DNA from: a virus
Lineage: Duplodnaviria > Caudoviricetes
Direction: 5' to 3' (one strand)
Virus record (IMG/VR): IMGVR_UViG_3300025543_000033
Span: 1-54,635 of that record
DNA: 54,635 bases
The notes beneath the pieces were generated by a model. The model was not told the origin of the DNA and ran no database searches. It saw nothing but the letters and a program-made list of their open reading frames with translations. The translations under genes were made by a program, and so were the position numbers. Below are positions 1 to 8,723 of this stretch, one piece after another. Position 1 is the stretch's first letter. Each line of letters begins with the position of its first letter.

Positions 1-27
1 AACCGACTGTGTCGGAAGGAGACTATT

Positions 28-312
28 GTGAAATATGATTCTCAATGTTGTGGTGTTGAAGCATCCGGCAGTATGACACGACAACCTAATGGTTATTATA
101 AAGGTGTTTGTTCAAGATGTTTAATCATTACGGAATTTAATGAACGACCAGAACAAAAGTATTTACCACCCGAACATCTATTACAACGACGATTAGACGA
201 TATCGACGACAAACTCGACAGAATAGAACAATTGGTTATGAAGTTTTGGGATGCCCCAGAGTTCGGGTTTGATGAAGTTCAAACCGATACCACTCATTCG
301 ATAGAAAAATAA
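28..312 (+). CDS. Hypothetical protein, Cys-rich N-terminus plus short coiled coil
   Basis: GTG start after GGAG; CC..CxxC; heptad-like LDDIDDKLDRIEQL. Confidence 0.7.
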   Translation: MKYDSQCCGVEASGSMTRQPNGYYKGVCSRCLIITEFNERPEQKYLPPEHLLQRRLDDIDDKLDRIEQLVMKFWDAPEFGFDEVQTDTTHSIEK

Positions 313-348
313 TTTACATTTTCAGATTTTTACTTTATACTTATTATT

Positions 349-419
349 GCGGTTATAGAATAATGTTAGTTCGGTTGACTTCCAGTCAATAGGTTCAAGT
401 TCGATTCTTGATAACCGCT
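349..419 (+). tRNA. tRNA-Gly(TCC)
   Basis: Acceptor GCGGTTA/TAACCGC, anticodon arm GTTGA-CTTCCAG-TCAAT, T arm TCAAG-TTCGATT-CTTGA; D loop lacks GG; no encoded CCA. Confidence 0.9.
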
Positions 420-448
420 CTAACAATTAAAACGAAAGTGGGTTACAA

Positions 449-697
449 ATGGCAAGACCAAAATACAGAAACAGATTATTAACTATTCCAAGTATGAGAA
501 AGAAATGTAATACTTGTGGTAGTATCAAAGAAGTTCAACACAGACTAATCGTCGTTCCTAAAGATGTTCCAAAAACCAAGAAGTTCAAAGATTATCTTGA
601 TATACCGAATGTAGTGATTGAAAACTATTGTTCCGTAGAATGTTCAGGCGATGAGTTTATTAATAACTATTCACCAGAGGACTTCTACCAAGAATAA
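449..697 (+). CDS. Hypothetical zinc-binding protein
   Basis: CNTC...CSVEC; stop overlaps the next start. Confidence 0.7.
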   Translation: MARPKYRNRLLTIPSMRKKCNTCGSIKEVQHRLIVVPKDVPKTKKFKDYLDIPNVVIENYCSVECSGDEFINNYSPEDFYQE

Positions 698-1590
698 TGA
701 GAACACCAATCAGATACGCCGGTGGGAAGTCAAGAGCGTATGATTTCATTAGTAGTTATATTCCGTTCTGGCCAAGACCTAAAACTATCGTTAGTCCTTT
801 TATCGGTGGTGGTAGTTTGGAAGTTCGTTGGGCACACGAAATGGGAATTAATGTTGTGGGTTATGATGTGTTCAATGTATTGGTGAATTATTGGCAACAT
901 CAGTTATCTAATCCAAAAGGATTGTATGATATACTGAAAGGATTAGAACCTACGAAAGAACAATATGATGAGATTAAAGATATCTTATTACATTGGGATA
1001 AGGTTCAAGAGTTATTTAAAAATTGGAAGACCGACCATTACGACAGAGAGTCAAGAGAATTAGATGACTTGTTGGGTGCAGCATATTATTGGTTTAATCA
1101 TAACTTGTCATATGGCCCAATGTTCTTAGGTTGGTTTAGTTCTATCTTTATGAAGAAAGAATCATTGTATCAGAATAGTATAGAACGAGTAAGAGATTTT
1201 AATGTACCGAACTTAGAAGTAAATTGCGGGTCATTTGATGAAACGATTGTAGCCCACACAAATGACTTTCTCTATTGTGACCCGCCTTACTTTATGGAGA
1301 AGTCCGAAGACAATAAAATGTTTAAGGCCATTTATCCTAATAGCAACTTTGCGGTACATCACAATCATTTTGACCACGAGAAACTAAGAGACTTACTACA
1401 TAGTCATAAAGGTCAATTTATTCTCAGCTATAATGATTGTGAGTGGGTTAGAGAAAATTATAAAGGCTTCGAGTTTAAAACACCAGAGTGGAATTATAGT
1501 TTCCAAGCAGGTGAAACAAGAATTGGAAAGAATAGACAAGACGGGAATCTAAAAAAAGATTCGCATGAAATACTTATAATAAAGTTATGA
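697..1590 (+). CDS. D12-class N6-adenine DNA methyltransferase (Dam-like)
   Basis: PIRYAGGKS, SPFIGGGS SAM-binding motif, YCDPPY catalytic motif, FILSYND. Confidence 0.92.
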   Translation: MRTPIRYAGGKSRAYDFISSYIPFWPRPKTIVSPFIGGGSLEVRWAHEMGINVVGYDVFNVLVNYWQHQLSNPKGLYDILKGLEPTKEQYDEIKDILLHWDKVQELFKNWKTDHYDRESRELDDLLGAAYYWFNHNLSYGPMFLGWFSSIFMKKESLYQNSIERVRDFNVPNLEVNCGSFDETIVAHTNDFLYCDPPYFMEKSEDNKMFKAIYPNSNFAVHHNHFDHEKLRDLLHSHKGQFILSYNDCEWVRENYKGFEFKTPEWNYSFQAGETRIGKNRQDGNLKKDSHEILIIKL

Positions 1591-3059
1591 AAATATTAGG
1601 AATAAACGCACTTAACCACGACGCAGCAATAACACTTATTGAAGATAATAAGATATTGTTTGCTGGTCACGCTGAACGATATAGTGGTATCAAGAACGAC
1701 CCCAACTTAAACTTGGATATGTTTTGTGATATGTGGGACTTTGGAGTACCTAAGCGTGTAGTTTGGTTTGAACGACCAATGATTAAGAAACTCAGACAAC
1801 TACGAGCAGGACAATACTCAGAAGTGTTTAGTCGTCAGAACTCACCACAACGACACTTAAACGAAATAGTCAAACCAGTATTGACCAAAGGATTACAGAT
1901 TGATGAATATGTAGACCATCACTTGTCACACGCAAGTTCTACATACTTTACTTCACCTTATGATGAAAGTGCCGTTGTAGTGATTGATGCCATTGGTGAG
2001 TTCGATACAATATCTATATGGTATGCTAATGGTGGTAAACTAACTAAACGATATAGTCAAACTTATCCGAATAGTATTGGATTGTGGTATAGTGCGATTA
2101 CACAACGACTTGGACTAAAACCACAAGAGGACGAATACATACTTATGGGTATGGCAGCTTGGGGACAAGAGAACAAAGAACTACAATCAGAACTAAGAGA
2201 GTTGTTAAAACAAAATCTACATAGGGGTTGTTTAGATTGGGATTCAGAAGTATATCCAGACGACAATACTGAACAATGGAAGTTTGATGTAGCACACAAT
2301 ACACAAGTAGTATGTGAAGAACTGATATTAGATATATTTAGTAAACTACCTTTGTTGGTTCCAGAAACCACTAATGTTTGTTATAGTGGTGGTGTCGCAT
2401 TGAATTGTGTAGCCAATAGTTTGGTTGTTGAGAAGTATCCTAATTTATGGATACTACCTAATCCAGGTGACGCTGGTTCATCATTAGGTTGTGCAGCATA
2501 TATCAACAAACAACACTTAGACTTTGATACACCTTTTTTGGGATACAACATCAAAGGTGAGTATCCGGTTAAACCAGTATTGAAAGAATTATTAAGTGGT
2601 AACATAGTTGGTGTTGCCAATGGTAGAGCAGAATATGGGCCTCGTGCATTAGGTAATCGTTCATTGTTAGCAGACCCACGAGGTAACTTTGTAAAAGACA
2701 AGATGAACGAGATTAAGAATAGACAAAAGTTCAGACCTTTCGCACCATCAGTATTGGAAGAACACGCACACGAGATATTTGATATGCCTACCAAGAAGTC
2801 TCAGTTTATGCAATATGTAGCACCTTGTAAGTATCCAGATAAGTATCCAGCGATATGTCATATCGATAATACATCACGAGTTCAAACTGTGAGTGAGAAA
2901 GATAATCCAGGTTATTACAAATTGATTAAAGAGTTTTACAAGAAGACAGGTTGTCCAATGGTATTGAATACAAGTCTTAACATCAAAGGTCAACCAATCG
3001 TCAATGATGAAAATGACGCAAAAGAATTTACAAACAAATATGGAGTTAAAGTATTTTGA
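1587..3059 (+). CDS. Carbamoyltransferase (NodU/CmcH family)
   Basis: HDAA, ERYS..K, HHLSHA, DAIGE, GGVALNC, PGDAG, EYGPRALGNRS, RPFAP, LNTSLN. Confidence 0.93.
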   Translation: MKILGINALNHDAAITLIEDNKILFAGHAERYSGIKNDPNLNLDMFCDMWDFGVPKRVVWFERPMIKKLRQLRAGQYSEVFSRQNSPQRHLNEIVKPVLTKGLQIDEYVDHHLSHASSTYFTSPYDESAVVVIDAIGEFDTISIWYANGGKLTKRYSQTYPNSIGLWYSAITQRLGLKPQEDEYILMGMAAWGQENKELQSELRELLKQNLHRGCLDWDSEVYPDDNTEQWKFDVAHNTQVVCEELILDIFSKLPLLVPETTNVCYSGGVALNCVANSLVVEKYPNLWILPNPGDAGSSLGCAAYINKQHLDFDTPFLGYNIKGEYPVKPVLKELLSGNIVGVANGRAEYGPRALGNRSLLADPRGNFVKDKMNEIKNRQKFRPFAPSVLEEHAHEIFDMPTKKSQFMQYVAPCKYPDKYPAICHIDNTSRVQTVSEKDNPGYYKLIKEFYKKTGCPMVLNTSLNIKGQPIVNDENDAKEFTNKYGVKVF

Positions 3060-3886
3060 TGAATATAGGAATTATAGGACAAGGTTATGTCGGAACCGCA
3101 ATTAAACTTGGTTTTGAAAATCACTACAATGTATTGACTTATGATAAGTTTGATTTAGCAAAATCAACACATAGTAAGATATCAGATTTAGTAGAAGAAA
3201 CTAAAGTTATATTCGTTTGTGTTCCTACACCAATGAGAAAAGACGGAACTTGTTATACAGGTATTGTAGAAGAAGTTATCCGTGAGATTAACGAAACAGC
3301 AGATGACCACATCATTGTGATTAAGTCAACTATTCCACCAGGCACTACTGATAGAATTAACAAAGAGTATACTCACTCTACCGTGATATTCAATCCAGAG
3401 TTCTTAACGGAACAAAACTTCTTGGAAGATTTTAAAAATCAAAAAAGAATTATCTTGGGTGGTGATAGAAAAGGAACTAATCAACTTAGACAAATATATT
3501 CTAAGGTGTTTCCTAATGCTACAATCGTAAAGACAGGTGCTAAACACGCTGAAATGGTAAAGTATTTTACCAATTGTTTCTTGGCAACCAAAGTATCGTT
3601 TGCTAACGAAATGTATAATGTGTGTCAACAATTAGATTTAGATTACGACAAGGTTGTAGAGTATGCAATCTATGACGAAAGATTAGGTAAGTCCCATTGG
3701 GCAGTTCCAGGTCCCGACGGAGACTTTGGATATGGTGGACATTGTTTTCCAAAAGACTTATCAGCAATCATTAATTCATTTGAAACCTATGGATTATTAG
3801 AAGCAGTAGAAGAAGTAAATAACCAAGTTCGCAACAATAGAGATTGGGAACATATGGTTGGTAGAGCAGTATTGGAGGACGAATAA
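3056..3886 (+). CDS. UDP-glucose/GDP-mannose dehydrogenase family protein (short form)
   Basis: GQGYVG Rossmann motif, CVPTP, IKSTIPPGTT, FNPEFL, GYGGHCFPKD; lacks C-terminal UDP-binding domain. Confidence 0.9.
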   Translation: MMNIGIIGQGYVGTAIKLGFENHYNVLTYDKFDLAKSTHSKISDLVEETKVIFVCVPTPMRKDGTCYTGIVEEVIREINETADDHIIVIKSTIPPGTTDRINKEYTHSTVIFNPEFLTEQNFLEDFKNQKRIILGGDRKGTNQLRQIYSKVFPNATIVKTGAKHAEMVKYFTNCFLATKVSFANEMYNVCQQLDLDYDKVVEYAIYDERLGKSHWAVPGPDGDFGYGGHCFPKDLSAIINSFETYGLLEAVEEVNNQVRNNRDWEHMVGRAVLEDE

Positions 3887-4164
3887 TGGCAGAAAAGAAA
3901 AGATATTTAATCGAGATAACTTATCACGAAACAAAGAAAGTAGAAGAAGTTGTATTGGAAACTGATGACTTAGCGTGGTCAATGAAACAATATCAAAGAA
4001 ATCGTCAACCATTTCAATGGGAGATGAAAGAGGAAAACTTACCATTGTCTTTAAGTCACAAGATGGGTAAACCATTTCCAACCGAAGAATCAGATGGACA
4101 ATTAGAAATTCCATTTCCAACTGATTGTTGTGGGATGCCAGAATATTGTAGTTGTTGTGATTAA
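3886..4164 (+). CDS. Hypothetical protein
   Basis: GGAGG RBS; translationally coupled; Cys-rich C-terminus. Confidence 0.65.
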   Translation: MAEKKRYLIEITYHETKKVEEVVLETDDLAWSMKQYQRNRQPFQWEMKEENLPLSLSHKMGKPFPTEESDGQLEIPFPTDCCGMPEYCSCCD

Positions 4165-4173
4165 AAAAAGTTC

Positions 4174-4202
4174 TTGACTTTTATATTTATTTTTCGTATG
4201 TT
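4174..4202 (+). promoter_or_regulatory. Sigma70-type promoter upstream of tRNA-Thr/Ala
   Basis: A-tract, TTGACT-17 bp-TATGTT. Confidence 0.7.
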
Positions 4203-4248
4203 ATAAATCGATACCTAAAATGTATGAGAAAGGACATACGATAGGATT

Positions 4249-4321
4249 GCTTCCATAGCACAATTGGCAGTGCATTTGATTTGTAATCAAAAGGTTACTG
4301 GTTCGAGTCCAGTTGGGAGCT
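4249..4321 (+). tRNA. tRNA-Thr(TGT)
   Basis: GCTTCCA/TGGGAGC acceptor, TTTGA-TTTGTAA-TCAAA anticodon arm, ACTGG-TTCGAGT-CCAGT T arm. Confidence 0.95.
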
Positions 4322-4334
4322 CAACTAATACTAT

Positions 4335-4405
4335 GGGGCGTTAGTTAAATGGGATAACACTGCCCTTGCACGGCGGAATCAGGAGTTCGACTCTCCTACG
4401 CTCCA
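4335..4405 (+). tRNA. tRNA-Ala(TGC)
   Basis: GGGGCGT/ACGCTCC acceptor with G3:U70, CTGCC-CTTGCAC-GGCGG, AGGAG-TTCGACT-CTCCT. Confidence 0.95.
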
Positions 4406-4409
4406 CTAT

Positions 4410-4467
4410 GAGAGAGATGTTGTTTAGTCCAGTAATGTACACTTGGCAATATCCAACACTCTCTCTC
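4410..4467 (+). other. Long imperfect hairpin after tRNA-Ala
   Basis: GAGAGAGA-TGTTG...CAACA-C-TCTCTCTC plus inner CCAGT/ACTTGG pairing. Confidence 0.6.
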
Positions 4468-4477
4468 AAAAAAAGAC

Positions 4478-4507
4478 TTGACACAAATATAAAAAAAGTG
4501 TTAAATT
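4478..4507 (+). promoter_or_regulatory. Sigma70-type promoter
   Basis: A-tract, TTGACA-18 bp-TAAATT. Confidence 0.55.
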
Positions 4508-4550
4508 CTGGTTATATTAATTGTTATACTTCTAAGGAGGTGAAAAGGAA

Positions 4551-4649
4551 ATGGAACTAATAACACCAGTAATGATATTAGGATTAGTTGTTTTACACGC
4601 TTTAATAATTGGAGTGATGAATTGGATGACTTTCTTATTTCATAATTAA
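4551..4649 (+). CDS. 32-aa single-TM peptide (not in ORF track)
   Basis: AAGGAGG/AAGGA RBS; MELITPVMILGLVVLHALIIGVMNWMTFLFHN. Confidence 0.65.
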   Translation: MELITPVMILGLVVLHALIIGVMNWMTFLFHN

Positions 4650-4655
4650 TAATAT

Positions 4656-4727
4656 GCTCGGTTCGTCTAGCGGTCAGGACATCGCCCTTTCACGGCGGAA
4701 ACACGGGTTCAATCCCCGTACCGAGTA
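4656..4727 (+). tRNA. tRNA-Glu(TTC)
   Basis: GCTCGGT/ACCGAGT, TCGCC-CTTTCAC-GGCGG, ACGGG-TTCAATC-CCCGT. Confidence 0.95.
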
Positions 4728-4748
4728 CTAACAACAAAAGGAGATGAT

Positions 4749-4874
4749 ATGTCTAAAATAGAAATAGAACACTTAAAGAAAGTGAATAGTTCTTTAGAAA
4801 GAACTGAAAATAAATTGAAAGAAATAGAAATAAAATTAAAAGAAATAACCAAAACATTGGAGAGAATATGTTAA
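4749..4874 (+). CDS. 41-aa coiled-coil protein (not in ORF track)
   Basis: AAGGAG RBS; MSKIEIEHLKKVNSSLERTENKLKEIEIKLKEITKTLERIC; overlaps groES start. Confidence 0.55.
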   Translation: MSKIEIEHLKKVNSSLERTENKLKEIEIKLKEITKTLERIC

Positions 4875-5164
4875 AACCATTTGACGCAAGAGTAGTTGTT
4901 CAGAAACCTAAACGAGAAGAACAAACTGCAAGTGGAATTATATTACCGGATACCGTATCTGAACAAACACAAACTGCACAAGGTATTGTGATATCAGTTG
5001 GTCAAGGTTCAAGAAATATGACAACCGGTGAATATATGCCAATACCAATCAACGAAGGTGATACTATCGTGTATACGAAGTTTAGTGCAACAGAAATTAA
5101 TCACGAAGGCCAAGATTATTATGTTGTAGCTGAAAGAGATATCATCGCAGTAGTTGAGAAATAA
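4868..5164 (+). CDS. groES: Co-chaperonin GroES
   Basis: LKPFDARVVV, TASGIILPD mobile loop, SVGQG, GDTIVYTKFSATE, ERDIIAVV. Confidence 0.95.
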   Translation: MLKPFDARVVVQKPKREEQTASGIILPDTVSEQTQTAQGIVISVGQGSRNMTTGEYMPIPINEGDTIVYTKFSATEINHEGQDYYVVAERDIIAVVEK

Positions 5165-5165
5165 T

Positions 5166-5237
5166 GTGGTCGTGGCAGAAAAGTAATGCGTAGGATTGCA
5201 AATCCTATTTGTGTTGGTGCGAGTCCAACCGACCACT
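5166..5237 (+). tRNA. tRNA-Cys(GCA)
   Basis: GTGGTCG/CGACCAC, TAGGA-TTGCAAA-TCCTA, GTTGG-TGCGAGT-CCAAC (atypical T loop). Confidence 0.88.
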
Positions 5238-5248
5238 CAAAAAATTAC

Positions 5249-5277
5249 TTGACATTAATAAATTAATTTTGTATATT
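5249..5277 (+). promoter_or_regulatory. Sigma70-type promoter
   Basis: TTGACA-17 bp-TATATT. Confidence 0.8.
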
Positions 5278-5296
5278 AAAAAAAATTGGAGGTTAT

Positions 5297-5422
5297 ATGA
5301 GTTTAAGATATAGAACAGAAAGATTCTTTGATAGATACAATCATCTAATGGAATTCATTAGAACGATACTTGCTATCATCACCGTTACATTACAACTTAT
5401 TATATTATCAAGATTAGTATGA
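5297..5422 (+). CDS. 41-aa protein with C-terminal TM helix (not in ORF track)
   Basis: GGAGG RBS; MSLRYRTERFFDRYNHLMEFIRTILAIITVTLQLIILSRLV; ATGA overlap with next gene. Confidence 0.65.
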   Translation: MSLRYRTERFFDRYNHLMEFIRTILAIITVTLQLIILSRLV

Positions 5423-5934
5423 TAGAGAATTGTATTAAGTGTGATAATCTAATACCAGATGAAAGAGTTCATCTTGGTTATCGTGAGTGTGTGGATTGTT
5501 CATCAGTTCAACCATATCAAGCACACGTCGTGTATCCACACAAGACAGGTGCTTATGTTCAACCCGTAACACAAGAACAAAAAGAAAACCTTAATCGTTT
5601 AGATAGACGAGCAGTCAAAACATCTAATCGTTTAGGAACATCTCGTTTGTCTGGTTATGATACATTGGTCAGAACTGATACCAAACCCGAACACAGAGAT
5701 TTACCACCACGACCAGCACCAAAATACAATCACACAAATTTTAATGATAGTTTCAAACCAACGATTAATACTTATAAGAAGAAAGGTTATATCGTAACAA
5801 TCAATTATTTGAAACAACTATTTAAGAAAAACAAAATCAATATGATTACCAAAAACAATTTAGTCAATACATTAACCACTATTCATATGATGGATAGAAA
5901 AACAAGAAAGAGATATTTGAATGGCATTACTTAG
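5419..5934 (+). CDS. Hypothetical protein with DksA/TraR-like C4 zinc finger
   Basis: CIKC..IPDER...ECVDC spacing. Confidence 0.65.
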   Translation: MIENCIKCDNLIPDERVHLGYRECVDCSSVQPYQAHVVYPHKTGAYVQPVTQEQKENLNRLDRRAVKTSNRLGTSRLSGYDTLVRTDTKPEHRDLPPRPAPKYNHTNFNDSFKPTINTYKKKGYIVTINYLKQLFKKNKINMITKNNLVNTLTTIHMMDRKTRKRYLNGIT

Positions 5935-6067
5935 CACAGGAACTTTCCGAAACGGAGCAAAGAGAACTCGTCAAGGTAAAGGAAGAAGTACAAAGTTCGG
6001 AACAAAACCACAAACACATTTAGGGTCAGTTCCAAAGAAATCATTACAACGATATAAAAAGAAATGA
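5921..6067 (+). CDS. 48-aa highly basic protein (not in ORF track)
   Basis: MALLSTGTFRNGAKRTRQGKGRSTKFGTKPQTHLGSVPKKSLQRYKKK; fills the gap, ATGA overlap with next gene. Confidence 0.6.
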   Translation: MALLSTGTFRNGAKRTRQGKGRSTKFGTKPQTHLGSVPKKSLQRYKKK

Positions 6068-6537
6068 AACCAAGTTATGTAGACTTTGATGAAAGCCGGT
6101 ATCATTGGAAATCTGATGTCGACTATCGTAAAAACCCACATCTATATAAAGTAGGTCGTGGACAACAAGGTGTATTGGTTTGTGAACCATACAAATCAGA
6201 ACTTCATATTCATTGGAGATTTAAAACACCAGAGATTGCTATGGAATCAGCCAGAACTATTTACAATATGTTTTTGGATTATTTAGAACAACAAGATTTT
6301 GTCGGAGCAGATATGGCTAAGAAATATCTACATATGGGATTTACGAGAGCCAGAAGATATTGGAATCATAGTAGTGGAAAGAAATGGACAAGAGAAAATG
6401 GTAAGTGGGAAGTATTACCGAAAGACCAATCGGTAGAAAGATTTAAATCAAGTTCTGATATATTTCAGAAGTATTGGAAGTTAGCACGAGAGAACGAACA
6501 ATATCGTGAAATGAAAAAGGAGTTTATGTGCCGTTAA
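6064..6537 (+). CDS. DUF4385 family protein
   Basis: YKVGRGQQGVLVCEPYKSE..HWRFKTPEIA, DFVGADMAKKYLHMGFTRARRY. Confidence 0.85.
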   Translation: MKPSYVDFDESRYHWKSDVDYRKNPHLYKVGRGQQGVLVCEPYKSELHIHWRFKTPEIAMESARTIYNMFLDYLEQQDFVGADMAKKYLHMGFTRARRYWNHSSGKKWTRENGKWEVLPKDQSVERFKSSSDIFQKYWKLARENEQYREMKKEFMCR

Positions 6538-7013
6538 GTAGGTGGTCATCACGACACAAGAAAACATTTGCCGAAAAGAAAAAGAAAGAGTGGGACGGAA
6601 ACTTTCGTTATCCACCTAAACCAGATAGTTATTATACTAAGACCAAAGGACATTGTCGTTGGTGTAGTAAAGTGATTACTAATGAAGACGGAACTATCAA
6701 TGAAAGAAAAAGTTGGCACGAAGATTGTGCTACCGACTATTTATTGATATATCACAGTGGAGAACAACGAGCCCAATTATGGAATCGTGATAAAGGACTT
6801 TGTAATCATTGTGGTAAGTTTAGTCTTAGTTGGCAAGCAGACCACATCAAACCTTTGGTAGAACAAAAGGGAGTTAAAGAAGAAGACTTAGATTGGGATT
6901 ATTATAAATTAGAAAATTTACAAACACTATGTAAGAAGTGTCATAGGAAAAAGACAAACGAAGAAGTAGTGTTAAAAGGTAAGGGTAAGATTAATTATAA
7001 AAAATGGAGATAA
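6528..7013 (+). CDS. HNH endonuclease
   Basis: RDKGLCNHC..ADHIKPL..NLQTLCKKCHRKKT. Confidence 0.88.
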   Translation: MPLSRWSSRHKKTFAEKKKKEWDGNFRYPPKPDSYYTKTKGHCRWCSKVITNEDGTINERKSWHEDCATDYLLIYHSGEQRAQLWNRDKGLCNHCGKFSLSWQADHIKPLVEQKGVKEEDLDWDYYKLENLQTLCKKCHRKKTNEEVVLKGKGKINYKKWR

Positions 7014-7249
7014 TGATGAGAGATGAAATAATAAAAGCATCCAGACTACACTTTCAAGCTCACATTGAGAAACACAGAATCAATGTTGAGAACTTAATGA
7101 GAAATAGTCAAGGTGTTGCCGACCATCCAGATATTATGGAAACTATTGAAAAAGAAATGGTTGAAATTGAAAAGTATCATAGTTTGTTAGAAGTTCTGAA
7201 TATATACTTTGGTGGTGGTAACAAGGAGTTGTTAAATGAAAGAACTTAA
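7004..7249 (+). CDS. Hypothetical phage protein
   Basis: ORF in coupled run; GVADHPDIMETIEKE. Confidence 0.7.
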   Translation: MEIMMRDEIIKASRLHFQAHIEKHRINVENLMRNSQGVADHPDIMETIEKEMVEIEKYHSLLEVLNIYFGGGNKELLNERT

Positions 7250-7466
7250 AGCAACCAGGGTAGTTCCAGGTGATAGGTGGCAAATCTTAGATGACCCAGA
7301 CAATAGAATTTATACTTCGTTGACTGAGTGTTTAAATGCTATCTTCCAACAAACCGGTATGACACAATTCTATATGGACGCAAGAGCAGGAGAAGTTCAC
7401 ATAGAAGACGGAGTTCAACCAAAACCAGAAATTAAAAAATTCTCTTTATACGGAGAGGAGATATAA
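7236..7466 (+). CDS. Hypothetical protein
   Basis: AAGGAG RBS, overlapping run. Confidence 0.7.
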   Translation: MKELKATRVVPGDRWQILDDPDNRIYTSLTECLNAIFQQTGMTQFYMDARAGEVHIEDGVQPKPEIKKFSLYGEEI

Positions 7467-7814
7467 TTGTATTTAGTATATAGTATTATACTATTGGTTA
7501 TAGCGAACTTTATTGCATACTTCCAACTCAATGGACAATTCTTTTTAAAAGGTTGGTATTGGAATAATGCTTGGACAACATCAATAATTGGTTTTCCAGT
7601 TGGTATGTTGTTCTTTTGGGCAACCAAGTATTCATATATGCATTATGGATTTACTTGGAATATGCGTATGATAGGATTTGGAGTAGGAACTATTATGTTT
7701 GGTATTATGAGTTGGTTAACTTTGAAAGAAGTTCCAACACTTAAAACCATTATATGTATATTGTTGGCATTAGCAATTATTTTAATTCAATTCACAAATG
7801 TAACAGACAAATGA
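7467..7814 (+). CDS. Four-TM small membrane protein, DMT/SMR-like
   Basis: TTG start after GAGGAG; four hydrophobic segments in 115 aa; LKEVPTLKT turn before TM4. Confidence 0.65.
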   Translation: MYLVYSIILLVIANFIAYFQLNGQFFLKGWYWNNAWTTSIIGFPVGMLFFWATKYSYMHYGFTWNMRMIGFGVGTIMFGIMSWLTLKEVPTLKTIICILLALAIILIQFTNVTDK

Positions 7815-8056
7815 ACAAAGAAAACATAATCACACAAATCAAAAAGAACTCAAACGAAGTTTATCGTATATCAGAAAAAGAATACGAAGGGTATCGTTTC
7901 ATTGATGTTCGTATCTATTATCAAGATAGACAAACACAAGAGTGGAAACCCACAACCAAAGGTATCAGTATTATGCCGAACAACGCAGAAGAAATCATCA
8001 ATGGTATTTTAAAAGCAATGGAAGTAATGGGTTTTACAAAAGATAAAGATGTTTAA
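7811..8056 (+). CDS. PC4/p15 (YdbC-like) ssDNA-binding protein
   Basis: IKKNSNEVYRIS..EYEGYRFIDVRIYY..WKPTTKGISI; start moved to ATG 7811. Confidence 0.88.
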   Translation: MNKENIITQIKKNSNEVYRISEKEYEGYRFIDVRIYYQDRQTQEWKPTTKGISIMPNNAEEIINGILKAMEVMGFTKDKDV

Positions 8057-8681
8057 TTATTCCAAAGAACATAATATATTATTCGTTCACATTCCAAAGA
8101 ATGCTGGTTCAACCATTAGAGATGAACTTGGTATTACTAAATCAGCACATTATCCTTTATCAGTTTTACAATCTTTTATGGACAAAGATACATTTGATAA
8201 TGCTATAAAGATAGCAGTGTTTAGGAATCCTTGGGAAAGAATGGTAAGTTGGTACCGTTATAGACAACAAAAGAATCAAGACCCTAAAGGTGTTAGTTTT
8301 TCTTATTGGTTAAGAAACGGAATAGCTCAATATAATATGGAGGCGTTCGACTTCTTACCACAAATAAAATGGGGTTGTAAATTAGATAGTTTTAAAATTT
8401 CTGAAGGATTAGATTACATTATTAATTTTGAACATCTTGATGAACAATGGAAAGAGTTATGTGATATAGAAAAAATTAATATTAAGAAACTTCCTAAAAC
8501 AAATAGTACAGGCACATATGATTATATAGAACAATACAATATATTGGAAGATGTTGTATTAGTGAGAAATATATTTAGGTCAGATGTCCATATGTTAAAT
8601 TATCATTTTGGTGAACCAAATGACTTTCCATTACTAAAAGGTAGTGAAGAAATTCTTACTTATATACATAATAATAGTTAA
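8049..8681 (+). CDS. Sulfotransferase family 2 protein
   Basis: FVHIPKNAGSTI (5'-PSB) and RNPWERMVSWY (3'-PB). Confidence 0.88.
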   Translation: MFNYSKEHNILFVHIPKNAGSTIRDELGITKSAHYPLSVLQSFMDKDTFDNAIKIAVFRNPWERMVSWYRYRQQKNQDPKGVSFSYWLRNGIAQYNMEAFDFLPQIKWGCKLDSFKISEGLDYIINFEHLDEQWKELCDIEKINIKKLPKTNSTGTYDYIEQYNILEDVVLVRNIFRSDVHMLNYHFGEPNDFPLLKGSEEILTYIHNNS

Positions 8682-8689
8682 AAAAAAGC

Positions 8690-8718
8690 TTGACATTGTC
8701 ATTTTTTATTCGTAAGTT
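8690..8718 (+). promoter_or_regulatory. Sigma70 promoter with TGACATTGTCA palindrome
   Basis: A-tract, TTGACA-17-TAAGTT; ATG 5 nt downstream. Confidence 0.8.
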
Positions 8719-8723
8719 AATAT

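Noticed and set aside
4366-4560. 64-aa ORF
   Set aside because: Overlaps tRNA-Ala, the hairpin and a promoter
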